A stretch of 64,000 bases of DNA from an uncultured Candidatus Saccharibacteria bacterium (GTDB taxonomy: Bacteria > Patescibacteriota > Saccharimonadia > Saccharimonadales > Saccharimonadaceae): assembly GCA_964630185.1 (NCBI GenBank), contig CAZVTQ010000003.1, positions 109,175 through 173,174 on the forward strand, read 5' to 3'. This document shows positions 56,045 to 63,702 of the stretch, piece after piece. The number at the start of each line of letters is the position of its first letter. Positions within the stretch are counted from its first letter, which is position 1. A program made the position numbers and the translations under genes. A model generated the notes under the pieces. That model was given only the letters and a program-made list of their open reading frames with translations. It searched no databases and was not told the origin of the DNA.

Positions 56045-56616
56045 GAAAAAACCCGGAGATGCCGGATGAGGAGAGATCGCATGCGTAGTAGCGATCAGCA
56101 TTCCTCATCCGGACATTCCGGGCGATGTAGTGCTCCGTGTAACGGGAGCGAGTGACACCCAGCAGTGTCGATTGTTAACTACCCGAGTACTTTTGGAGTT
56201 TTTAGCTCCGTGTAAGCCTCGGTCTACTTAGGTCAGATCATTGGACGCATCGGAGTACGTACGTCCTACTTGCTTAGTAGCTTGTTTCTCACGGTCGGGT
56301 ACTGTTGTAACAATACCGAACCGTTAGTCAACTCAAGATTTGCTGTGCCCCGTCGGCTTTACCGAGTCCGACGGAATCTTTTTTAAGGTGTCCCGCTCCA
56401 CGATCGCTACAGATGACTGTAACGCCGTCCATGACCTGGTGGGTCACCGAATGAGAGACTGCCCTTTTGGGGCTATCATGGAGCGGGCTCTGTACTACGG
56501 ACTGCGATGTTGCATCACCACTCCGCTGGGCGGAGCCTAGGCAGTTGCCGTAGTGCGTGCCGTTCTCGCTTGCTCGATATGTACAACTAGAGAGTGAAAA
56601 TGCCTCCCACTTCTCT
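56045..56616 (-). ncRNA. Candidate large structured ncRNA B (about 570 nt); strand assignment tentative
   Basis: Nested long-range stems: CCCGCTCCA/TGGAGCGGG, CTACGG/CCGTAG, CTCCGC/GCGGAG, TACCCGA/TCGGGTA. The 3' end on the minus strand is CCGGATGAGGA/TCCTCATCCGG inside CCCGGA/TCCGGG, followed by UUUUUU. A possible TGnTAGTAT promoter at 56623-56652 overlaps the nrdB terminator. Confidence 0.5.
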
Positions 56617-56632
56617 TACACCATACTATCAC

Positions 56633-56663
56633 AAAAAAACCAGCCTAATCAAGACTGGTTTTT
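56633..56663. terminator. Bidirectional hairpin terminator downstream of nrdB
   Basis: AAAAAAACCAG-(11 nt)-CTGGTTTTT. Confidence 0.6.
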
Positions 56664-56679
56664 ATGGTGGGTAATTTAC

Positions 56680-57678
56680 TTACTTTTTAGTGCTACCAGC
56701 GTTGACTTCGTAGCTAGTATTTGTGCTTTCAAAGAAGTTTACGAGCTCGAGAGTGTCATTAGCTGCGGCCATCCATTTAGCTGGGTTGCTTACTTTGTAG
56801 TGTGCACCAAAGCCAAGTTCTTCGAGGCGGCGATCAGCAAGATATTTGACGTATTGGTTGATGTAGTCAGCATTGAGGCCTAAAATACCGTTTGGCAAAA
56901 GATCTTTGTTGTACTGCTCTTCCATCTCAACGCCGTCGAGGATCATTTGCTTGATCTCGGCTGCAAACTCTTCAGTTTGAAGGTCTGGGTTTTCGTCTAG
57001 AACTGTCAAAATAAGGTTTATACCAAACTTGAGGTGAAGACTTTCGTCACGAACTACCCAGTCAATGAGACTACCGAAGTTACGGAGTAGGTTTCGTTGA
57101 CGGAAGCTCAGTGCAACCATGAAGCCACTGTAGAACCAGAGGCCCTCAAGGATGATGTTGTAGGCTACGAGGTTTCGTACGAAATCCTTCTTACCTTCAG
57201 TGGTTGTGATGTCGATTTGTTCCTCAGTCATACGCTTAATGTATTTGACCTCGAACTCTTCTTTTGCAGCCATAGATGGAATGTTGATGTGTGCGTCGTA
57301 AGAACCTTCGCGGTCAACTGGGAATGTCTCAAGAACGTATTCAAAAGACATACAGTGGTTGGCTTCTTCCCACATTTGTTTTGCAAGATACATGTGTGCT
57401 TCTGGCGCATTGATGTAGGGGTATACACCGAAGGCTAGAGCTTTGTTTACTAGTAACTCGTTTGGGTTGAAATAACTCATTAGGAATGTGACTGCGTGTT
57501 TTTCTTCATCACTCATTTTGCGCCAATCGGCGACGTCTTGTCCTAGTTGGATTTCGTTTGGAAACCAAGTATTTGCAACTGCTTGTTCGTATAGGTCATA
57601 TGCCCATTGGTAACGAACTGGCTTGAGTCGCAGTCCATCTTGGATACCTGTTCCTAGTATGCCTTTTGTTTTTGTCAT
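56680..57678 (-). CDS. nrdB: Class I ribonucleotide reductase beta subunit with class Ic-like residues
   Basis: Ferritin-like di-metal motifs: NPNE(L), WEEANH, ILEGLWFYSGF, RDESLH. The residue at His+4 of the first ExxH is Phe (HCMSF), where the radical Tyr normally sits. Confidence 0.9.
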   Translation of the reverse strand: MTKTKGILGTGIQDGLRLKPVRYQWAYDLYEQAVANTWFPNEIQLGQDVADWRKMSDEEKHAVTFLMSYFNPNELLVNKALAFGVYPYINAPEAHMYLAKQMWEEANHCMSFEYVLETFPVDREGSYDAHINIPSMAAKEEFEVKYIKRMTEEQIDITTTEGKKDFVRNLVAYNIILEGLWFYSGFMVALSFRQRNLLRNFGSLIDWVVRDESLHLKFGINLILTVLDENPDLQTEEFAAEIKQMILDGVEMEEQYNKDLLPNGILGLNADYINQYVKYLADRRLEELGFGAHYKVSNPAKWMAAANDTLELVNFFESTNTSYEVNAGSTKK

Positions 57679-57684
57679 AGCAAT

Positions 57685-57864
57685 CTACTCGCAACCGTCG
57701 CAGATAAGACCTTCTTGTGGGTCAACCAATGCGTCCATGTTGATATTTTTTGTTGAAAACGTTTGAGAACCTTGCTTTTGCGCTTCGGCCATCGCTTCTT
57801 GGATGATCTTCATTCGTAGTTCGATTTCTTCTTGTGTTTCTTGTTGTGTATTGTTTGTGCTCAT
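57685..57864 (-). CDS. Small ORF (59 aa) between nrdA and nrdB, ending in CDGCE
   Basis: Not in the ORF track (below 60 aa). ATG at 57864 with GGGGG 9 nt upstream. Translation: MSTNNTQQETQEEIELRMKIIQEAMAEAQKQGSQTFSTKNINMDALVDPQEGLICDGCE. Stop TAG at 57685-57687. Confidence 0.5.
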   Translation of the reverse strand: MSTNNTQQETQEEIELRMKIIQEAMAEAQKQGSQTFSTKNINMDALVDPQEGLICDGCE

Positions 57865-57899
57865 AACTTTTACCCCCGTTACTTTCGCTTTTTATTATT

Positions 57900-60302
57900 T
57901 TATCTTGCTCTGGAGCCAAAGCCAAATCCTGACCCACTTGAGCTAGATTTAGCAATTGCTTCTGACTTATTAACTTTTGTTGTACTCTGCTCGGCCTGAT
58001 GTCGTGGTTTGACGTGTAGGTAGTAAGTAGTCTTGAGACCCTTTTTCCAGGCGCTCGAATAAATACCTACCATGTCGTCAATATCACGTGTCTCTAGATA
58101 CATGTTGCGTGAAATAGCTTGGTCAACCCATTTCTGAGCTCGCCCTGCTACTTCTATAAATGCGTCTGGAGACAACTGGAAACTGGTTTTGTATACATCT
58201 TTAATGTGTTGTGGAACAGCATCGATCTTCGTGAGGTCACCCTGATGTGCGAGGACGTCGTCTTTTACCTCAGTCCAAAGATCAAGTGCTTTCAGGTCGT
58301 TGACCAAGTTGACGTTTACTTCTAGGAACTTACCGTTAAGTGTTGATCGTGAGAAGATTTGTGAAAACTGCGGATCAAGACCTGGAGTTGTGCCTGCAAC
58401 GTGTGCGATGTTTGCTGTCGGTGCAATAGCCATAAGAGTTGCATTTCGCATACCTTTTTTGACTTTTTTGCGTAGTTTTTCCCAGTCGAGACGGGTTGTG
58501 CGGTTGATATCAATACCTACGCCACGGTCGATGCTAGCAAGCTCCACTGTGTCGAGTGGGATTAGTCCCTTGCTCCAGCCAGAGCCTTTGAACATTGGAT
58601 ATGCTCCACGCTCTTTGGCAAGCTCTGCACTTTCGTCGATTGCTTGGTAGCTGATGAACTCTACAAGTTGGTCAATCAAGTCGTATGCTTCTTCAGACTC
58701 GTATGAGTAACCAAGCTTCTCGATAACATCGGTGAATCCCATAACGCCTAGTCCAATAGCACGGTTTTGTTTGTTGGAGTGCATCGCTTCTTTAACTGGT
58801 GTGTTCGTGATGTCCACAAGGTTATCGAGTTGGCGAACAGCCGAACGAGTACTACGCTCAAGTCGCTTCCAGTCGAAGTCTCTTTTGTCGAGCAGTAAGT
58901 GTGCTGAAAGGTTCATGCTGACTAAGTTGCAAACTGCAGTGTTGTCTTTGTCTTGCGGTAATGTGATTTCGGTACATAGGTTTGAAAGATGGATTGTACC
59001 AGTGTTGTTGTTGAGTGCGCGTACGTTGATAGTGTCTTTCCAAGTAAGCCACGGGTGACTTGTTGCTTGGAGTACTATAAGAATTTGACGGAATTGTTCG
59101 CGAGCTTTGATTTTGTCGAATGTACGCATTTCACCTGCTTCAGCTAGTGCAATGTACTCGGCATAGCGTTTAGAAAAGTCGCTACCGTAGAGTTCGCACA
59201 AGTCTGGAGTATCAGCTGGGTCAAATAAGTACCAATCTTCGTCGTTGTCGACTCGTTTCATGAATTCATCTGACATCCATACGGCAGTGTTGGCGGTTCG
59301 CACACGGAGGTACGGGTCACCGGAGTTTTGCTTTAGGTCGAGGAATTGTGGGAAGTTTAGGTGCCAGTTTTCCATGTAGAAAGCCAAGGCGCCGGCTTTT
59401 TTGCCTTTTCGGCTCACAGCACGAAGAGCTGCATCGACAACGTTCATAAATGGAATTGGTCCAGTAGAAACAGTATTTGTACTCTTCACAGGTGAACCTT
59501 CGGCACGAAGCTTGTTCATAGAAAGGCCGATTCCACCGGTACCCTTAGATATCCACATAACGTCGCTGACGGTCTTTGCGATAGAATCCATGTCATCTTG
59601 CGTCTCCATGACAAAACAGTTGCTGAGCTGCGGGAAAGCACCTCCTGCGTTAACTCTTGTTGAGCCACCAGGCACGTAGTCGAAGTTACTCATGCGGTCG
59701 TAGAATTCCAAAGCTGCTGCTGTAGGGTTTTTCTCGTTAAAGCTAAGACCCATAGCAATACGCATCATAGTGTACTGTGGTGTTTCAATCGGTTCGCCGT
59801 CTTGTTTGCGCAAGGCATAACGGTTTTTACTGGTGATAACACCAAGATATTTCATAAGATTGTCTCGGCTTGGGTCGAGTGCTGCAGCTAGTTTTTTGAG
59901 GTCAAATAGCTTGCTGTCGCCCATTCGTTTGTCTAGTAGTTTGTCTTTAACACCTTGACGTATGTAAGGCGCAAAGTTTTTCTGATGAAGTGCTACAAGT
60001 TCTTCATCACTTTCATAGTCACCAAGGACATTCTTGTAAATTGTTTTTAGCAGCAATCGTGCAGCTATGATGTCAAAGTCTGGGTCGTCTTTGACGTTTT
60101 GCAAGGCTGCGTGAATGACTGCTTCATCTAATTGCGTTGTTGTAATGCCGTCGAACAGAGTCAAACTTACCTCTGTAGCAACTTGAATTACTTTTGATAT
60201 TTGATCATCAAGGCCGCGCGTTGCTCTCTCTAGCGCACGGTTGATTTTGTCGGCATTGTAGGCTTGTTTGCTGCCGTCAATTTTTGTGACTTGAATGTCC
60301 AC
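57900..60302 (-). CDS. nrdA: Class I ribonucleotide reductase alpha subunit with an N-terminal ATP-cone
   Basis: ATP-cone (VTKIDGSKQAYNADKINRALE). Catalytic regions SNLCTEI and TTYYL. Start set at the GTG at 60302 (TAGGAGGGTCACCAAAA upstream). The C-terminus is Ser/Gly-rich and has no Cys pair. Confidence 0.9.
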   Translation of the reverse strand: MDIQVTKIDGSKQAYNADKINRALERATRGLDDQISKVIQVATEVSLTLFDGITTTQLDEAVIHAALQNVKDDPDFDIIAARLLLKTIYKNVLGDYESDEELVALHQKNFAPYIRQGVKDKLLDKRMGDSKLFDLKKLAAALDPSRDNLMKYLGVITSKNRYALRKQDGEPIETPQYTMMRIAMGLSFNEKNPTAAALEFYDRMSNFDYVPGGSTRVNAGGAFPQLSNCFVMETQDDMDSIAKTVSDVMWISKGTGGIGLSMNKLRAEGSPVKSTNTVSTGPIPFMNVVDAALRAVSRKGKKAGALAFYMENWHLNFPQFLDLKQNSGDPYLRVRTANTAVWMSDEFMKRVDNDEDWYLFDPADTPDLCELYGSDFSKRYAEYIALAEAGEMRTFDKIKAREQFRQILIVLQATSHPWLTWKDTINVRALNNNTGTIHLSNLCTEITLPQDKDNTAVCNLVSMNLSAHLLLDKRDFDWKRLERSTRSAVRQLDNLVDITNTPVKEAMHSNKQNRAIGLGVMGFTDVIEKLGYSYESEEAYDLIDQLVEFISYQAIDESAELAKERGAYPMFKGSGWSKGLIPLDTVELASIDRGVGIDINRTTRLDWEKLRKKVKKGMRNATLMAIAPTANIAHVAGTTPGLDPQFSQIFSRSTLNGKFLEVNVNLVNDLKALDLWTEVKDDVLAHQGDLTKIDAVPQHIKDVYKTSFQLSPDAFIEVAGRAQKWVDQAISRNMYLETRDIDDMVGIYSSAWKKGLKTTYYLHVKPRHQAEQSTTKVNKSEAIAKSSSSGSGFGFGSRAR

Positions 60303-60471
60303 TTTTGGTGACCCTCCTAATTTTTTTGTATTATGAGCACTTATAAGCAACGAGGAGCCACACCACTCCTTTATGCTCGGTGATCGATGGAAGACATCGT
60401 TCTACACCCCCTGGTGTCTTCGGGCGAGACATAGCTATTTTGGATATACTATATCTAGCGCTTATGTTCCA

Positions 60472-60501
60472 TAGTAATACCCTATATATGCTATTGTCAA
60501 C
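60472..60501 (-). promoter_or_regulatory. Candidate nrdA promoter TTGACA-N18-TACTAT with an overlapping AT palindrome
   Basis: The -35 is at 60501..60496 and the -10 at 60477..60472. The spacer contains CATATATAGGG. A second palindrome GATATACTATATC lies about 35 nt downstream. The leader is about 170 nt. Confidence 0.35.
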
Positions 60502-60553
60502 GGTTTTATGCTTTAGAATTTACAACGATTCTATATCTGTTAGGTGGGTAAAA

Positions 60554-60820
60554 CTAACTGTTTTTAGCCAGTGCGGCATCTATTTTTGGCCGGTCAAAAC
60601 CCACTACAATTTCGCCGTTAATGCTGCTGGTAGGAACACCTTGAAAATTACCGCGACCACCTATAGTTTCCATTAGTTCGTTATACGCTGTCTCGTCTTT
60701 TTCTATGTCTTTTGTGACAAAGGTTACTTTTTTGTGTTCTAAGTATTGCTCTAAGCTATGGCAAAAAGCACACCAGCTTGTACTGTATATAGTTACTTGA
60801 GGCGTTGTACTACTACTCAT
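60554..60820 (-). CDS. Glutaredoxin-fold redoxin (NrdH/Grx-like)
   Basis: VTIYSTSWCAFCHSL (CxxC), GVPTSSINGEIVVGF. Immediately upstream of the RNR genes. Confidence 0.8.
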   Translation of the reverse strand: MSSSTTPQVTIYSTSWCAFCHSLEQYLEHKKVTFVTKDIEKDETAYNELMETIGGRGNFQGVPTSSINGEIVVGFDRPKIDAALAKNS

Positions 60821-60900
60821 AGTTCTAGTATAGCAAATAGTTACCTGTAACGTAAAAGCTCATGCTTGCACGCAGTTTTATAGAGGTCTAGACTAGAGTT

Positions 60901-61677
60901 ATGAGTGAGAAACTTAGTAGCGATAAGCTGGTTGCAATTAGTGATTTGCATGGATATGACGAACCTCTTGAAGAAGCAGTCGGCTTTTATGGCGATAAGC
61001 CCGATAGGTACCTACTAAACGGAGATGTCATCGGCGCAGGACCAAATACGGCTCGGACTCTCGATATTGCTAAAAGTATTGATGCCGATATAACACTGGG
61101 TAACTGGGAGCTCTATCTCCTAGCTGGCATGCTTAACGAAGACCCTGAAATACGTCAAAGAATTCAGACGACAGCACGGGTATTTAGTGAGAGAAAAGGT
61201 GTTCTTGATGCCATAGCAAGCTCCTACGGAGTAAAAACGCGCAATGTAAAACATAGTGAAAAAGTAGAACGCTTGCACGAGGCTATGTTAGAAAAAGGTC
61301 ACTTGCAAATGCTGGCTAAAGCAGCGATGTATTTTGAAGGCGAGGATTTCATAGTTGTGCATGCTGGGCTGACTGATTCTGGTTGGTTATTACAAAAACA
61401 GGAACTCTTTTATGCAAGAAAAGACCTCGTTGAAAATACAGGTGAAGAAGAATTTGAAGAGCCGCCTCAAATAACGAGCCTCGCTCTCGCCCACCAAACA
61501 GAAGCTTTTCAGGCGACCCACAAAACCGTTGTGACCGGGCATGCTCACACTCCGCAGGGTGATCGAATCACAGCCGGTGGAGCGCGAGTCCGTATAGGCA
61601 GTCAACTTGAACTACGCGAGCCATTGCAGGTTTGGCAAAGTTGGAACGGCCAGCTACGAGAATTTAGCCAAGACTAA
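60901..61677 (+). CDS. Metallophosphoesterase (calcineurin-like/ApaH-type)
   Basis: Motifs ISDLHG, NGDVIGAGP, GNWE, VHAG and GHAH. Confidence 0.75.
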   Translation: MSEKLSSDKLVAISDLHGYDEPLEEAVGFYGDKPDRYLLNGDVIGAGPNTARTLDIAKSIDADITLGNWELYLLAGMLNEDPEIRQRIQTTARVFSERKGVLDAIASSYGVKTRNVKHSEKVERLHEAMLEKGHLQMLAKAAMYFEGEDFIVVHAGLTDSGWLLQKQELFYARKDLVENTGEEEFEEPPQITSLALAHQTEAFQATHKTVVTGHAHTPQGDRITAGGARVRIGSQLELREPLQVWQSWNGQLREFSQD

Positions 61678-61700
61678 TAGTTTTGGTATAATGAAGAAAA

Positions 61701-62036
61701 GTGATGGCGAAGACAAATCAGAAAAATGTGAAACCCAAAAAAACTAACCCTAAGTTAGTTCGATTTGAGGACGATGAATTTGAGGACGATTGGAACCAAA
61801 AACCCCCAGTTATGACTGAAAGAACTAGGAAGTTACAAGGAATGTTTTTCTTCTTTCTCATGGATATATCATGGAAGTTAGCCCTAAGCTTCTTGGTGCC
61901 GTTTTTTATAGCCCTAGCCTTTTCGGATGGAAAAACTATGATTGTTATTTTGGGTATTGTTGTTGGTCTTGCTGTTTCTACTCTTACAATTGCGTTAGAA
62001 GTGAAGAAAATTAATAAGGCGGTAGAGAATGTTTAG
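61701..62036 (+). CDS. Small 2-TM protein upstream of atpB (AtpI/AtpZ-like position)
   Basis: Basic N-terminus and two TM helices. Overlaps the atpB start by 8 nt. The assignment rests on position only. Confidence 0.4.
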   Translation: MMAKTNQKNVKPKKTNPKLVRFEDDEFEDDWNQKPPVMTERTRKLQGMFFFFLMDISWKLALSFLVPFFIALAFSDGKTMIVILGIVVGLAVSTLTIALEVKKINKAVENV

Positions 62037-62814
62037 TCTATTTGCGTCTACGGGGCCAGAAATTGCAGTAGCACCAGAGGTTCTATTTCATGTAGGCGGT
62101 GTAGCGATAACCAACTCTATGGTGTATGGGTGGATTGCCGCTGTCTTCATCATCGTATTTCTATTTGTAATGTCTCGCAAGATAACTGTTAATGGTAGCC
62201 GAGGCTTTGCGCAACCCATAGAAGCTTTGACTGAGTTTATATATAACTTCACAGCCGACAGTCTAGGCTCTCAGGAACGAGCACGAAAGTACGCACCATA
62301 CTTTGCAGCGATATTCTTCTTTGCACTTTTCAACAACTGGCTTGGGCTATTACCGATTGTTGGGCACGGTTTTACATATGATGGCAATCCCCTCTTCCGA
62401 CCATTTACTGGAGATTTAAACGGTACGCTTTCTATGGCTTTAGTGATGATGGTGCTTATACAGGGCTTTGCAATAAAAGAGTCTGGCATAGTTGGCTATA
62501 CCCGGCATTTCTTTGGCGGCAAGCTATACAACCCCATCACCTATCTTGTTGGTTTTTTCGAAATCTTTACTGAGTTTACGCGTTTGTTCAGCCTTGGGCT
62601 TCGACTTTTCTTGAACGTGGTTATTGGTGAAATATTGATAGCCATCTTTGCTTATCTGGGCGGTTTGTTTGGCTTCGCAACAGCGGTGCCTTTCACTCTG
62701 CTGGAAGTGTTTGTAGGTCTTCTGCAGGCATATATATTCGTCCTACTAACTGTTTCATATTTGTCTATGACTGTTTCGCACGACCATAATGAAGAGTTAA
62801 AGGCGGAAAGTTAA
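62029..62814 (+). CDS. atpB: F0 ATP synthase subunit a
   Basis: FSLGLRLFLNVVIGEIL (essential Arg helix). 5-6 TM segments. Confidence 0.9.
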   Translation: MFSLFASTGPEIAVAPEVLFHVGGVAITNSMVYGWIAAVFIIVFLFVMSRKITVNGSRGFAQPIEALTEFIYNFTADSLGSQERARKYAPYFAAIFFFALFNNWLGLLPIVGHGFTYDGNPLFRPFTGDLNGTLSMALVMMVLIQGFAIKESGIVGYTRHFFGGKLYNPITYLVGFFEIFTEFTRLFSLGLRLFLNVVIGEILIAIFAYLGGLFGFATAVPFTLLEVFVGLLQAYIFVLLTVSYLSMTVSHDHNEELKAES

Positions 62815-62890
62815 GATGTAAATAGAGCAAATATTTGTTATAATATAGAGTAATCGTTAGTAAAAAATAGGAATTTCAAAGGAGAAATAA

Positions 62891-63124
62891 GTGGAATTAT
62901 TCGCAGCAGAAACAATTAATACAGGTGTAATCGCCAAAGGTATCTTGGTAGGATTTGGTGGTATGGGTCCAGCAATCGCTATCGGTTTGCTTGGTAGTAG
63001 CTATATGACAGCCGTGAGCCGTAACCCAGAATCATCAAAGTACTTTGGTCAATTATTTGTATTCGTCGGTATGGCCGAGCTTTTCGGTTTGATCGCGTTC
63101 GCATCAATTTTCATTATCTCGTAA
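62891..63124 (+). CDS. atpE: F0 ATP synthase subunit c
   Basis: Hairpin of two TM helices, RNPE loop, carboxylate helix FVGMAELFGLIAF. Confidence 0.9.
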   Translation: MELFAAETINTGVIAKGILVGFGGMGPAIAIGLLGSSYMTAVSRNPESSKYFGQLFVFVGMAELFGLIAFASIFIIS

Positions 63125-63149
63125 TAAATAAAGAAAGAGTTAGTTAACA

Positions 63150-63701
63150 GTGATCAATAATGTTTTTATTCAGTTTGCCAGTAGCGCCCCAGCCGAAGAA
63201 GCTGGTGGTTTTGGTGCCTTAGGCATAGACCTCAAGGCCTTTATTGTTCAGCTTATAACTTTTGTTATTGTTTTCTATATCCTTAAAAAGTATGTATTTG
63301 GACGAATTGTCGAAGTACTAGACAAACGGCAAAAGATTATAGAAGAAGGCGTCAAGTCTGCTAAAGACATGACAGCACAAAAGGAAAAGCTTGAAAAAGA
63401 GGTCGCCAAGTTGAAGTCTGAAGCACGTACTCAGGCAGATGAGATTTTGGCTGAATCTAAGGCGCAATCAGAGGAGATGATTACCAAAGCAACTGAGACG
63501 GCAAATGAAAAGACCGACAAAATGATTGCAGATGCTAAGAAGAAAATTGACGAAGAGACTGACCGCTCACGCCGTAGTCTCAAAAATGAAATTGTTGCAC
63601 TTGTCGTAGATACAACCGAAAAGCTCATAGGCTCAAAGGTAGATGCAAGCAAAGACAAAGCTTTGATTGACGAAGCTTTAAAGTCAGGGCAAGGTAAATA
63701 G
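63150..63701 (+). CDS. atpF: F0 ATP synthase subunit b
   Basis: One N-terminal TM helix followed by a long charged helix. Conserved operon position. Confidence 0.85.
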   Translation: MINNVFIQFASSAPAEEAGGFGALGIDLKAFIVQLITFVIVFYILKKYVFGRIVEVLDKRQKIIEEGVKSAKDMTAQKEKLEKEVAKLKSEARTQADEILAESKAQSEEMITKATETANEKTDKMIADAKKKIDEETDRSRRSLKNEIVALVVDTTEKLIGSKVDASKDKALIDEALKSGQGK

Positions 63702-63702
63702 T

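Noticed and set aside
56352-56392. The plus-strand hairpin CCGTCGG-(11 nt)-CCGACGG followed by AATCTTTTTT, considered as proof that the big intergenic RNA is plus-stranded.
   Set aside because: This single terminator-like element conflicts with two larger stem-plus-U-run 3' ends and a consensus promoter on the minus strand. Strand is therefore left tentative rather than assigned from this hairpin.
55745-56883. ORFs 55745-55981 (78 aa), 56340-56540 (66 aa) and 56557-56883 (108 aa) as protein genes.
   Set aside because: They have no RBS and no recognisable motifs, and they are interrupted by the strong RNA helices. The third runs antisense into the 3' end of nrdB. The region is better explained as structured RNA.
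57722-57955. 77-aa minus-strand ORF overlapping the nrdA stop and the small CDGCE ORF.
   Set aside because: It is in a third frame that overlaps both neighbours, has a basic low-complexity translation and has no RBS.
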